DNA of 64,000 nucleotides from Phoronis australis (lineage: Eukaryota > Animalia > Phoronida), in contig NMRA01000337.1 in the NCBI GenBank assembly GCA_002633005.1, forward strand, positions 124,001 through 188,000, read 5' to 3'. This document shows positions 28,289 through 40,900 of the stretch, piece after piece. Position 1 is the stretch's first letter; each line of letters begins with the position of its first letter. The position numbers and the translations under genes were made by a program. The notes beneath the pieces are model-generated. The model was not told the DNA's origin, did not search any database, and was given only the letters and a program-made list of their open reading frames with translations.

Positions 28289-28548
28289 ATTCTTTTCAAA
28301 CAATTCTCTATATCATCAGACATTGTGAAACCCCTATGTTTTTAGTAAGATGAATTTTCTGTTTTTATGACAACCTGCAACCTGGCTTAGAATAATGTTT
28401 TTACTTTGCGTTATGTGGAGTGTCGAATAATTGGCTTCTTCCCTTATTTTAGGTTCTACTGGTGTCTCCATCATACTTTCCTAAACTTTGCTTGATGGGT
28501 TTGTTTAAGTGTTAGTACGGCATACAGTATTCGCCTTTCCTGTTGTAG

Positions 28549-28859
28549 GCGTAACTACGGTTTTCCAGACACTCTTAATATTTGTTTCGGGGCTGGCTGC
28601 TGCCTTTGCATTACATCAGTCCTTGCTGACACGTGTCCAGCGTTGGCCCTTGGGACAGTTTGAGCAGAACCCAACAGGAAGGTTGCTGAATCGATTTGGC
28701 TCCGACATTGAGATTCTTGACACTCAGCTTCCTCAGAAGATCTTGGCATTACTGGTCGTATTATTCCGCGTGGTGGGCACAGTATTGGTCATCTGCTTCT
28801 CGACGCCATTGTTCATTCTTGCCATGATTCCTTTGTTCATTCTTTATTTCTTCATTCAG
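28549..28859 (+). CDS. ABCC1: Mutually exclusive TMD2 exon, variant 6
   Basis: tgtag|GC...CAG|gtttgt; 311 nt; QFEQNPTGRLLNRFGSDIEILD. Confidence 0.9.
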
Positions 28860-29072
28860 GTTTGTCATAATTTCGCTGTTGTGCAGTCTGGTCTTCTTAT
28901 CCTCATAGTGTTCTTCACACTTGGCTATCTGTCATTATGTTTGCATGGCTCATTACTAATTATTCGTTGAGAATTAATTCAGGCCAGGGGGATATGTGTG
29001 CACCAAACTCTTGATCTGTCAATCATTCCTATACATTACACGCAACCAATTTTGGCAAAGCCGCAACATCAC

Positions 29073-30712
29073 TTAAAGGAGAATGCCACCTAAAAACAAC
29101 CTGTTTTGTATCAATTTAGATTGAGTAGTTGTTCTCGATAACGGCAGGTTCGGATGCGTTACCTGATTGCAACTGGAGGTGTTGAAATTATCCAATGACG
29201 TCATTGGTTTCACACACAGTCTGTTCAGCAGTTCACAAAAATGGTTAGTGGTGTCAGCTTATCGCTTGAATTCATCGTTTAACACCAATGAATCATCAAA
29301 CTTCTATGTAAAACCCTTAAAAATACACCGAGTACTTATAAAAACGTGATTTTTTTATTTCGCTGTTACGGATTTATTGGTATTTGGACACACCGTAGCC
29401 TACAAAGTTCGACAGGCCAATTTACCAAGGTTCGTAGCAGGAGTTTGGGGTTTGTTCGAAGATAAATTTGAAGTATTCTTCCTTGAAATACAGACAGGAA
29501 AACCTAGGTCTGTGTTGTTTATACTAGTGATTTTTTTGAGTTCTAAACACACAAAACGCTCGTTATCCTGGCCAGTGGCTCGGAACCCGCCAGATCAGGC
29601 CCGTCGCAGCCAGACTGAGTCGTTATCCCAGCCAGTGGTTCGGAACTCGATCGGGCCCGTCGCGGAAATGCTAATAGTAAGCCAAAGAAATAATGTGCAC
29701 ATAATTATTTATGTGAATTAGCCTGTGACGAAACTGAAAATCTACTTATTTGTCGGGGGCCGCGAAGTTGGGTTCCCCTTCTACAGATCGTCAGGGCAAA
29801 GGTTGTATAGTAACAGTGATTTGAATAATGTATTTGTATTTTTAAATAAAGATTCCCCTTACATGTGACAATAACATATAAAATTGAGTAATTGTTTCAC
29901 AACAGCTTTCTGTCAGCAAACACTGAATTAGCATGCGCTCACGCAGCCTCGGTGCCCGGTCAGTTACCTTTGTTGCCAGCATCAAAAGCCGGTAACGCTG
30001 TGGTTTATTCATTGCTGGCTTCTCAAAACATTTGCACTCACAAGCACTCTAAGGCATTACAAATTGTATCTAATGAGACAGACTTTGTTTCAGTTTCATA
30101 TAAGCTGCATTGGTAAGGATCATTTTAGGAGGAGAATAATTCATTTTGAAACAGAACGCAGAATAATAGACGTCTACATTGCAACTCACCTGCGCCAATC
30201 CTGACTTAGTCAAGAGCTCATCCGACGAAGACTTCACAGATGTATCATTAGGATACACAGGCTATTAGTTAGAACGGGAATACACTGATAGGCAATACTA
30301 GAGAGGCGCCGTGAGCATGCACACGCAACGGAACGTATGGATAGTTCTTTGGTAAGCCCGAATTCGTCAGAGAAATCACTGTCGATAAAATGCCGGCCAC
30401 AGACATAGAGATGTTTCACGTCCTCATACTTGCTATTAACAGCATACCTTTCTTCACTACCGCGAGTCACTTCCTAAGCATTACGGGCTCTCGAGGAAGT
30501 CGAAAAAACGATATACCCACTTTCTTCGCAGATTCATAGTTCGGACAAGCGGGAACCGATGCACCGCAGATGAACCATTGACGTCGCTCACCTTCCTCAC
30601 AGGTTACATGACACCTCTCGGCAAGGTGAGGTCGACCATATAAGAGGCGATGGATACAGACCGATTAAGACGGTATAAAAGACGAATTAAATTGGGTGGC
30701 ATTCTCCTTTAT
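29073..30712 (-). mobile_element. Kolobok-like element, inverted copy of 22905-24564
   Basis: reverse-complement similarity along the length; same TIRs; mirrored pseudo-ORFs (MFHNSFLSANTEL, FGHTVAY.VRQANLPR). Confidence 0.85.
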
Positions 30713-33700
30713 ATCATATGGTATTTAATCCGTGATCCATTTCGCATGAAATACAAATAATGTAATAAATTCTGTAGGCTGAGTATTTGGTGGATTTTAT
30801 TACACTTGTGCGTATTTTTGGTATACATGCGCATATTTTCGTTTCTTGCAATTATACCCCTGTGGCCTAGACCTACTTCTGGGCTGTGCTTGTAGTGAAC
30901 TAAATACTAAACATTTCTGATCATTTCAATACTAATATCTATTTTAGTGGATTGGAACACATATACAGATATGAGATAAGCTGGAAGCATGTCGCTTAAT
31001 ATGCTGTTTGCACTTGATTTCCTTGTTTGTGGGCTCAGCAGCTCAGTGTAACAGGTTTTTTCTTTTCTCTGTTACTGCCTTCCTGACTACCTAATATTTC
31101 CATGCTCTCCAGTTATCTCCAAGACAGACTAGCACTAAATCTTCAATCTTAAAAGTCGGGGATGGGCGCTTAACCGAGAGGTGGGCGCTTAACTGGAAAT
31201 CTTGAAAAATCGTAGAGGGGCGGTTAACCGAGCAGTGGGTGGTTAAATTGAAAATCCACCTAAAGTAGGGGGTGGGCGGTTAACTGAGCATGGGCGTTTA
31301 CCCGAACTCAATAGCCGACCATTGCTTGAAAGGAGTAATAATACGTCGCAGTTCCCGTCTTGTCCATTAAGACTCTTCAGGTGAAAGCAAAACATGGTCG
31401 AGAGGTTATACTGGTTTAGTATAATTTATTTCCTATCTTCTGCAAGTTTCGTTATCCAGCAAGATAGCTGAACATTTTTTAGTCGATTGGTGGTCTGTTG
31501 TGTTACAAGTTGTAAATGTTAGCCTGTCAAAGCCATAGTATTGTGACTAGTTATTTTAAGAATGAAGTAATAGTTAGTAATGCCGGCACTTGTGGAAGGA
31601 AATGAGAACAAAATAACAAAACGTGCACTCACGTGCAGGGCAGATACGAAAAATGGCCGACTTCAAAGTAAGATAAACCGAAATAATAATGAAGCAGTTT
31701 ATTAAACCAAAAGTGATTCCTATTATCTTCACACCAACTATATCTTAACCATATACATGCCTTATTTTATAGCTCGGTTCTTGGTGATCACAACAAAATT
31801 ATTCGAAAACGTCATTTTTGCTATATAAGTAAACATTTTTCATTGCATTTCGGCACAGAAACTTCCGCATTTGTTGTGCTTAATGGTCCTTTAGAATAAA
31901 GAACAAAAAGTGCCTTTCCCAATTGTTGACAGAATACATAGAATATTTTGCAATCCTCAGTGCAGAAATGAAAGGGAGGGTGTACAGAAATTTCTTTGAT
32001 GAATTTTCAGTTTTAATTTTCAGTTTCAAAATGTAGACAGTTTACCATAAGTGATGTGGTCTTCTAAAATTGTCAAAAAATAAAATTTCTTATCCAGTGT
32101 CAGTTAACTTTCTCCTTCAGTCTTAGGGGTTCCACCTTACATCAGCTACACCTGTTTCTCTGTCAGAGTTATATGATTACCTAACGCAAGCCTAAAATTG
32201 TCCTTGTCGTGGTAACTGTTCGGTGGTTTTCAAGTAACAAGGAATGTCTCCTGTCTACCGGCTTTGCTTGATTATCTAATTTGAAAACACTTTTAATTAG
32301 CAACACCAAGGACTATACTTAATTTTAAAGATCTGCACTTCTCTGGTGGTAGTTGCATGATGTCTGGCTTGGATTTCTGTGATTCATACTTTGTGAACTG
32401 TGGTAGAGTCGAATATGAGCAGTTAAAATCAGTGAGAAAAGCTTCCAGAACATCTGCAATGGACACATCAATGTTCAATGGGTAGTACTTGTGAAGAATC
32501 GAACCTCTTTTTAGTATCTGAATAGACAGGAATCCGATGTTAATGGTTGGACTAATAGCACCACCTATTGTATTTCAACTGCATCATTGTTATTAATCAA
32601 CTCTTTACTGATGTTGATGGCATCATTCTTCCACAGTTTCAAAGTTATGATAAAATGGTTTTCTTGTGTTGTGACCTTGTATGTGTTTAATAGTCATGTA
32701 TCTTTTTTGTATGTCTTCTAACTGCACTGTCTATCCTAGTGTGTCTTAACACTGACCCTCATTGAAAAGTTGCTTGCCAGGTGGTTACTGTATTTGATGA
32801 TAATCTTGTGATGTTAAATGGACATCAAAGATTATGGCAGCATTGTTCCTGTTGTTCTATAAAATACTTGATGCTTTAGGTTAAACCTACTTTTCCTTTA
32901 CATTAAAAGCCTGGAGCCTGTTTCTTGAAGAGTCTGTTGCCAAAAGTTTGTTGTTTTGTCTTTTAGCTTTGGCTTTTAATCAGCTTGCGAGTTGGCTGTG
33001 GATGTCTTCTTTTGAGTTTGAGTTGTAGATAGGTTTTCTGACTTAGTCTTAGCCCGGTTTCATGAAACAGGCTAAGCCATCCGTAGACTGATTTTTAGTC
33101 AAAAGACAATAGACTCTTTGAGAATCAGCCTCCCGGACTTGTTGTCATGGCATTGGTTTCAACATCCTGTGGATGTGAAAGATGAACCTGCAATTGCACT
33201 ATAGCGATCAAACTTGGAATGGCTGGTCAACCTTTGGATTTTCTGAAGTGTGTTTTCAGTATCTAGCAAACAACTTTTGTATGGTGGTCAATACTAATTT
33301 ATTGGGGTTCAGTTTGTTTGTGTTGTTCTAATGTTCTTGCTTTGTTACTGGTAAATAGTGCACTTTTATAGTTGATGCTTTCAGAGGGGTGCCTTTTCAC
33401 TGAATTCTTGTTTCAAAGAAGCAGAAAGTTATAGTGTGGTTTAAAGCAAAACAGTTTAAAAACATTTAAAAGTCATAATCTGGCCAAGGTGTAACGTTTT
33501 CAAGTTTTGCTGATAGTCATATATGGCAGGTTGACATGAACTTGTCATCATATGAAGATCTACTTCTTTGAATCAAGTTAGTATTGTGCTCGTAATGTGT
33601 TTTGTTTAAAAATTATAAGAAACTTGTTTAGTTTTTACTTTTTACTGTGAAAAAATAAATTGTTCACTGATTGTTTCAATCTGTGTATAACCTAAAGATT

Positions 33701-34017
33701 ATTCCTACATAGTTTGATTTTTAATTCAATTCCAATATATTTACTGCAACTGTTACAGTGACTAAATGAAAAATTACACCTGTCTTGTGGCAGATTTTAT
33801 AAAAAAATTGGAGTTCGTTATATTATTCAACAATGTTGCAGTATTTGTGGCTGGTTTTTTCTTAATTATTTAAATTCTAAACGTGGGTATGCATTAAGTC
33901 TAGAATGCTCCAAAATGTTTGTTTAATTACCTAATGAATGTTTGTTTATAAGAGACATTCTTGGCACATGTCCAACGTTTATAAGAGACATTCTTGGCAC
34001 GTGCCCAACGTTTTTAG

Positions 34018-34359
<342 letters not shown>

Positions 34360-34714
34360 TGATTTGTTTATGGTATAAATTACAAACCAGGGGTCCGTTC
34401 AGATTTGACAAGGCTATGAATGTGTACTTAATGCCATGTGTGCATTATGAGATGGGAGAATGTTCCAAGCATGAAAACCATCCTAAAAGAGCCGCTATGA
34501 GGACTTCCTAAACCTTAGTTTCCAAAAGAGCCCCCATGAGGACTTTCTAAACCTTGTTTCCAAAAGATCCTCAATGAGGCTCCTTGGTGGGAGTCGTATC
34601 TGAAATGCCTAAGGCTATCTTCTGGACGAATAATTTAATGACAACTTTCAGTGATGACCATTTTGAAAGTGAACATCGGTGGGAATACAGGCAAGATGTT
34701 GTCTTACTGATCCA

Positions 34715-35292
34715 TTATTGATACAGACCCTAGCTTCATATCACTTTTTAAACAGAGATGCAAAGATATTGATCAGCAAAAATGGCAAGATATTTTGAAC
34801 AACTCGATTTAGCTGGAAACTTACAGAACTTTTAAGTTAAATATATGTTTTGAAAACTATTTAGATGTAATTGACAATGTAAATGTTAGATCTGATATGG
34901 TAACATGGAGATGTTCAGCGCATGCACTAATGATTGAAAAGGGTAGACACTTGAAACTTAGCAGAACAGAAAGGTTATGCCCTCTCTGTGTGGACATATG
35001 TCGAGTCAGAATATCATTTTGTTATCGAATGTCCATTCTATGGTGACCTTAGGAAACGATATTTGCCTGCATGGAGCTACAACAATCCCAATGCTACAAA
35101 ATTCAACAGACTCATGACTATGGAGGAAAAAGATCTTATATGGTCAACATGCAAATATGTTCATTTCGCATTCAAGCGAAGAAGACTTCAGTTTACTTCT
35201 AGTGTTTGACACTTACCTTAAGTTGATTGTATTTGATGATTTGATTGTAACAAGGGCCGGAGGCCTAGTTATTGAATAAATATATATATATA
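34715..35292 (+). mobile_element. 5'-truncated LINE 3' end (CR1/L2-like)
   Basis: IEKGRH...ERLCPLC..ESEYHFVIECPFY zinc-finger-like C-terminus, then aataaa(ta)n. Confidence 0.65.
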
Positions 35293-35388
35293 GTAGTTGT
35301 CATGGGCTAGAACACCATATGCTTACTCAGCTAAATTGTGTGTCTGGCGTATCACATGTGAATAACTCTTGTCCCACTGAATTCCTAA

Positions 35389-35577
<189 letters not shown>

Positions 35578-36050
35578 TAAAAGTACATTTCATTACCAGT
35601 GGCCTGGGCTTTAGGTAGTTCAAAAAACATAAAACTCTAAATGATGCATGTCGTGTTATTTGTGAAGTAGTTTTTTGTGCCATATACCATAAGAAATTGT
35701 CAAACAAAAAAGAACAGAGAATAGAAGTTTTCAGCGTTTGCTGGTACCTGCGGTACAAGCATTTGTTTATCGCAGGTACCAAAGTACATTGAATAATCGA
35801 TGTTTGGGTGTTGTTTGTAGCTGCATGTTCATGTTAAGCATTACACTTGACAATTGATGGTTTGAGTGTGGTTTGTTCTTGCTGCTTAACCTGACACGAG
35901 GGCGTGAACATGATGGCTGTGGTTACTTAGGACTAGCAGGCTGGTGCTAAAGCATATTTTGAACTGGGAGCACAAATTGAGTCGAATCCTTCTGACTACT
36001 CCTGTCTGTGGTGCCACCTTTGTATTCACATTTTGCATATTGTTTCCTAG

Positions 36051-36167
<117 letters not shown>

Positions 36168-36831
36168 TAGAAATGGTCGTGATGTAATGAACATGTTTCA
36201 ACTACTATGCTGCTTGCTTGGGAATAGACTGCAGTCACACACATTTTACTTTTGCAGCAATATGACTAACATTTAAAAACCAGCAAAACCCTAGTTCTTA
36301 CTCATTTGAATCACAATGGTTTGTTTTTTATGAGACTGACTATTCTTGTAGAAGATATATTTTGAGTGTTCATGTAGGTTTTCTTCTAAAATAAACATTT
36401 GATTCAGTGTAAAGTAACTTTCTGCTTAGTTATTTATGAAATAGATTTTATGAAATACTTATGTGTTTGATCGTTGCTTAATTAATTATATAATGAGCAA
36501 AATACAATTATATCATAAATATGAAGCAAAATAGTGAAATTTTGAAATTGGTTTTATTTGACCAAAAACCAAAAAATCTTAATGTATCGATGCATTAGAA
36601 ACATTAAAAGATGCAGCCTAAAAGCTGTTCTAGACCTGCCTTGTGAAAAATACCGGCTGACAAGTCTGATTTCCGTTTGAGCAAATAAGAAAAAATGATG
36701 ATCAGGATGCACGGGTGGATGTTTGCCGAGTTTGCTGTCTTTTCACTTCATGTATCTCGTTTATTTCAATTTTGGCTCTTGCCAATGGGTAACCTTGCTA
36801 GAAAACTCAGTGATACAAAATTTTGTTTCAG

Positions 36832-36978
36832 GCTGAGTGGATTATCCCAAGCAACAGGCCTAAGCCCGAGTGGCCTGAGCAAGGAAACATCCAGTTTGAC
36901 AATTATGGCGTGCGGTACCGTGAAGGCCTTGACCTGGTGTTGAAGGGTATCACTGCGCAAGTGGCGGGAGGTGAAAAG
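36832..36978 (+). CDS. ABCC1: ABCC1-like exon, NBD2 start
   Basis: ttcag|GCT...AAG|gttcgt; AEWIIPSNRPKPEWPEQGNIQFDNYGVRYREGLDLVLKGI; 147 nt. Confidence 0.95.
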
Positions 36979-36989
36979 GTTCGTTCAAT

Positions 36990-39900
36990 ACTGGTCAAAC
37001 TCCTGCAGTAAAACTGCCCCTAAACCATCATTTGACGCGTTTGTTCTGGCGATGAATATCTGAGTGAAGTCAGGCACTCGTATGATCGGGGTGCTTCCAA
37101 GCGCATGCTTTAGCTTCTTGAATACCTGTTCACGACTTTCTTTGGCTGGCCCATCTTCAGTAAATCTGTCAACGGCGTGGCTATTTGTGCATAGTTAGGC
37201 ACAAACTTTCGGTAGTCCTAGGAATGACTGTACTACCGTTTTAGTAGATGGCGTTGGTGCATCCTGGATCTTCATCAGCTGCTGGTCTTCCATAGCTATC
37301 TTGTTCATCCCAACCTGATATCCAACAATCTCCACCTCTGGATGTCCAATGCTGCACTTTGACGGTCTTACTGTCAAGCCTGCTTGTTTTACTCTCTGAA
37401 ACAAGTCTCTCAGTGTACGGATATGTTCCTCCCAGTTTACAGTGTGGAGTAGCACATCGTCGACATACTGCTCGATATTATCTGAGCCTGCTTGCATTCT
37501 TCTCATCATCCTGTTGAACGTGGCCGCTGAAATCACCAAGCCAAACGGTATTCTGCAGAACTGGTAACAGCCTCCTGGAGTCACAAATGCGGTTTTCTCT
37601 TTACTATCCTCGTCCATGGGAATTTGCCAGTAGCCCTTCGTAAAGTCGAACTTCGAGAAGAAACACTGACCGTGCCCTGTCACCATAATAGCTTCTGGGT
37701 TACCCATGGGCTCGTTGTCAAATTTGGTCACTGCATTCAGCCGTCGATAGTCAACACAGAACCTTGTGGTGCCATCTTTTTTAGCCACCAACACTACAGG
37801 AGAGCTGTAAGCTGAAGTGGAAGGCTCAATGATGGTCATCTTTAACATCTCCTGCACTTCCTTCTTCACTAGGTTTTGAGTAGTGTGCGGCATCTGACGC
37901 GGTCTCACTTTCACAGGTTGTTCTGTTGTCAACTCGATGACGTGGCTGGCCAAATTGGTCTCTCCAGGCTGATTGGTAAAGATGCCACGGTAATCATAAG
38001 CTGTAGTGCCTGTTCACGTTGTTCCGACGTCAAGGAATCGCATAGCTTAACGTCCTTGTAGGTTTCACTGTGAACCTCCGGTCGAAGCTCTAAACCGCCT
38101 TCATCAAGAAGGGTCACTTCATCAGTCACACACTCCTCAATCAACACCGCACCGATCGCTTCATCTTTATCTGCGATGTTGTCAGCTTCACATTCTAATA
38201 CGCCTTCAACAGATTCTGTAGTCTATACGATTGACTTTTTCTGTAACCTCGTAAGGCCCCTTCTACTGCAGAGTAAGCTTGTTGTGGTCTGTGGGAAGTA
38301 ATACCAGCACACTTTGTCCCTTTTGAAACTGCGTCTGGCCTTCTTGTTGTAGTAATGCTTGTGAATACCTTGTGCATTGTACAAACTTTTTCTAGCCAAC
38401 TCGCAGGTCTCCTCTAAGCAGTTCCTAAGCTCGAAGACATACTGGTAAGTATTTCGGACTTCGTTGCTGTCTTCCCCTGTCCAGAGTTAGCTCAGAATTT
38501 GCATTGGACCTGTTAATGTCCTACATAGCGATTCAAAGGGTGAAAATCCTGTGCTTGATTGCGGGACTTCCCGGTAAGCAAACAGGACTGCTGGCAGATA
38601 CTGGTCCCAATCCTTTGGTCTTTCTTGACACATCTTCTTCAGCATGGGTTTTAATACACCGTTGATTCTTTCACAGAGCCCGTTGCAGCGTGGATTGTAA
38701 GGGGTCGTATACAGCTGCTGTGCACTCACAAGCCTGCTGACCTCCTTCATCAGTTCCACTGTGAACTGCGTTCCACGATCACTCAGGATCTTTTGCGGGA
38801 ACCCTACTTTACTGAAGACTTCTAATAATGCTTCAGCCACACATTCTGTCTCAATCTTCGGTAGCGCCACTGCTTCCGGGTATCTGTTAGTGAAATCTAC
38901 CCGTGAGAATATATGTTTTCCTTGTCGGAAACTGGAGCTATTGGGCCAATCAGATCGATCGCAATCCCTTTGAAGGGCTCCTCCATCAAAGGCATCTCTC
39001 CCAGGGATACCTTGGTCACTCGACCTTTCAGGATTGTCTTCTAGCAGATTTCACATGATATGCGGAATCTGATCACTTCTGGTGCCGCTCCTGGCCAATA
39101 GAAATTGTTGGTGATCGGGCCAGTTGTCTTTCTAACACCGAGGTGTCCACCGAGTATAGACTCATGAGCAAGCTTCATCACGGACTTCCATAAACTGCTC
39201 GGCACGACAACTTGTTTCACCTCGTCACCGCCTTTCTTCCTTGAATATCCGATAGAGTATTCCTTTCTGAATTTAAATCACGTATGACCCCTTGCCTTTG
39301 GTCTGTCGCTGAACCTTGGCTTCAGCTTGCTCCCACAGCTTCTTCATTGATTAATCTTCATGCTGGGCTTCTTTGAGCTGTTTTACTCCCACCTCTTGTA
39401 TGGTCAGAGATACAGGTAACGGTTTAATGTCCACTTTTTGTCGCTCTGCGTGAGCCCTGGTAGTCACTGCTACCGCTTCCCTGCTGGATTCATCAGGATA
39501 TGTTCTTACCGACATATCGGCCACCTCCTCTCCCTCTAGAGTTGAGGTCACTGGGTTCTTCTCTTTGGAAGTAGCACCCTTCTGAGAGTCGTCTTTGGGA
39601 CCCTCCACAAGGCCATTGCCTGTGCCATCTGCTGTCGCTCAACATCCCCTGGGTCTAAGGCGCCAGGTACGTCCCCGATAATTAAATCGGCCACTGGACG
39701 CTCCATACACATCGCAAACACTTCTCCTGTGTTGTACGGTGTCTTGATGTTGATCTTGACGAGAGGCAGCCATCTCTTGGTAGAGTCTGCCAACTCGCAT
39801 GACCACTTCTGGCAGGTCATATCTCCTGGTTTGACTAGACTGGATTGAACCACAATGGATCTGCAGCCTGTGTCTCTCAACACTGAGACCTTCTTTGTGC

Positions 39901-40900
39901 CAACATACCTCTCCTTCAGACGCAGCTTTCCTTCAGGGTTTTTGCGCTTCACTGACCTCTCCTTATTCTGGGAACCTCGGTGGTTGATCGCTGCTGACTT
40001 TTGGTGTTTCTTCCCCGGTGTCCGCTTCCGACAGTCTCTAGTCAGGTGTCCAGTTTTGTGACAGAAAAAAGCACCTTTCCTCTACGAGGTCAGTTCTGGT
40101 CGACTCTCTGATTGTCTGTCTTGACTGGTCGTTCTTGGGACTTTTTCAACTGAGTGCTGGTTATATCCACTCCGTGGGCCTCGATATACCTCTGTTAAAC
40201 CCACCATCTCTGGAACAGTCTTGGGTGTCCGCTCTCGCAGGAACAAGGCCAAGTCCAAGTACAGGTATTCAGGTACTGCTTACGCACTAACAGGTCTCTC
40301 AACTCAACAAAGTCCTTGCCACAGGCAGACATATCGATCCACCTGTCTAGGTAACGCTATATGCGGGCCACAAACTGATAAGCTGTCTCACCCCTCTCAG
40401 CCCTCGCATCCCGTTACTGTTTGTAAAAGCCCTCCTCCGTCAGCTCATACCGCTTCAGTAAGGCTCTCTTGAGTGTGGCATAGTCCAGTGCATCAGCCGT
40501 TGGCAGGCTGGTATAAACCTGCAGGCCCTTACCTGTTAACAGCGGACTGAGACTAATTGCCCATTCACTCTGGGTCCAGACCTGGCTATCTGTGTATCTT
40601 TCAAACCTTTCCAGGAAGTTGTTCATGTCATCCTGCTTTTCATCAAACTTGGGTAACTTCGGCTTTACGCCACCAGTTGGTCTAACATGGCTACCCTCTG
40701 CTACAACATGTTCAGCTTTAAGTGCTGCTTGCGCCCTCTCGTGTTCCATTCTTTCTCTCTCCATCAGCTGTTCAGCTTCCCGGACTTGCCTCCTCTCCTC
40801 GGCCTCTCACGCTCTCTCTTCAGCTTCACGAGCTTGCCTTCTCTCCTCCGCCTCAGCTTCTCACGCTTGCCTTCTCTCCTCCGCCTTAGCTTCAGCAAAA
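36990..40900 (-). mobile_element. Degenerate Gmr1-like gypsy retrotransposon (gag-PR-IN-RT-RH), LTRs not found
   Basis: minus-strand gag (LPKFDE..LTGKG..DYATLKRALL; C..CHKTGHLTRDC), protease RDTG, integrase (SDRGTQF..YNPRCNGLCER), RT (RFCVDYRRLN..YVDD), RNase H (TNASNDGLGAVLLQ); many stops. Confidence 0.88.

Noticed and set aside
16901-28859. The six exons as fragments of separate ABCC paralogues or pseudogenes
   Set aside because: No duplicated flanking exons lie between them, and all six keep identical length, phase, splice sites and open frames.
11601-28921. Identical 13-mer TGTTCTTCACACT at 11601 and 28909
   Set aside because: Same orientation, and a 13-nt match is expected by chance between positions in a 17-kb region.
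32560-33360. Possible decayed seventh variant exon (INQLFTDVDGIILPQ near 32592; DFLKCVFSI*QT near 33237)
   Set aside because: Stops are present, there is no PxGRxxNR motif and no 311-nt AG/GT frame, and T/G-rich DNA mimics hydrophobic peptides. A profile HMM of the six variants searched against 28860-34158 would settle it.
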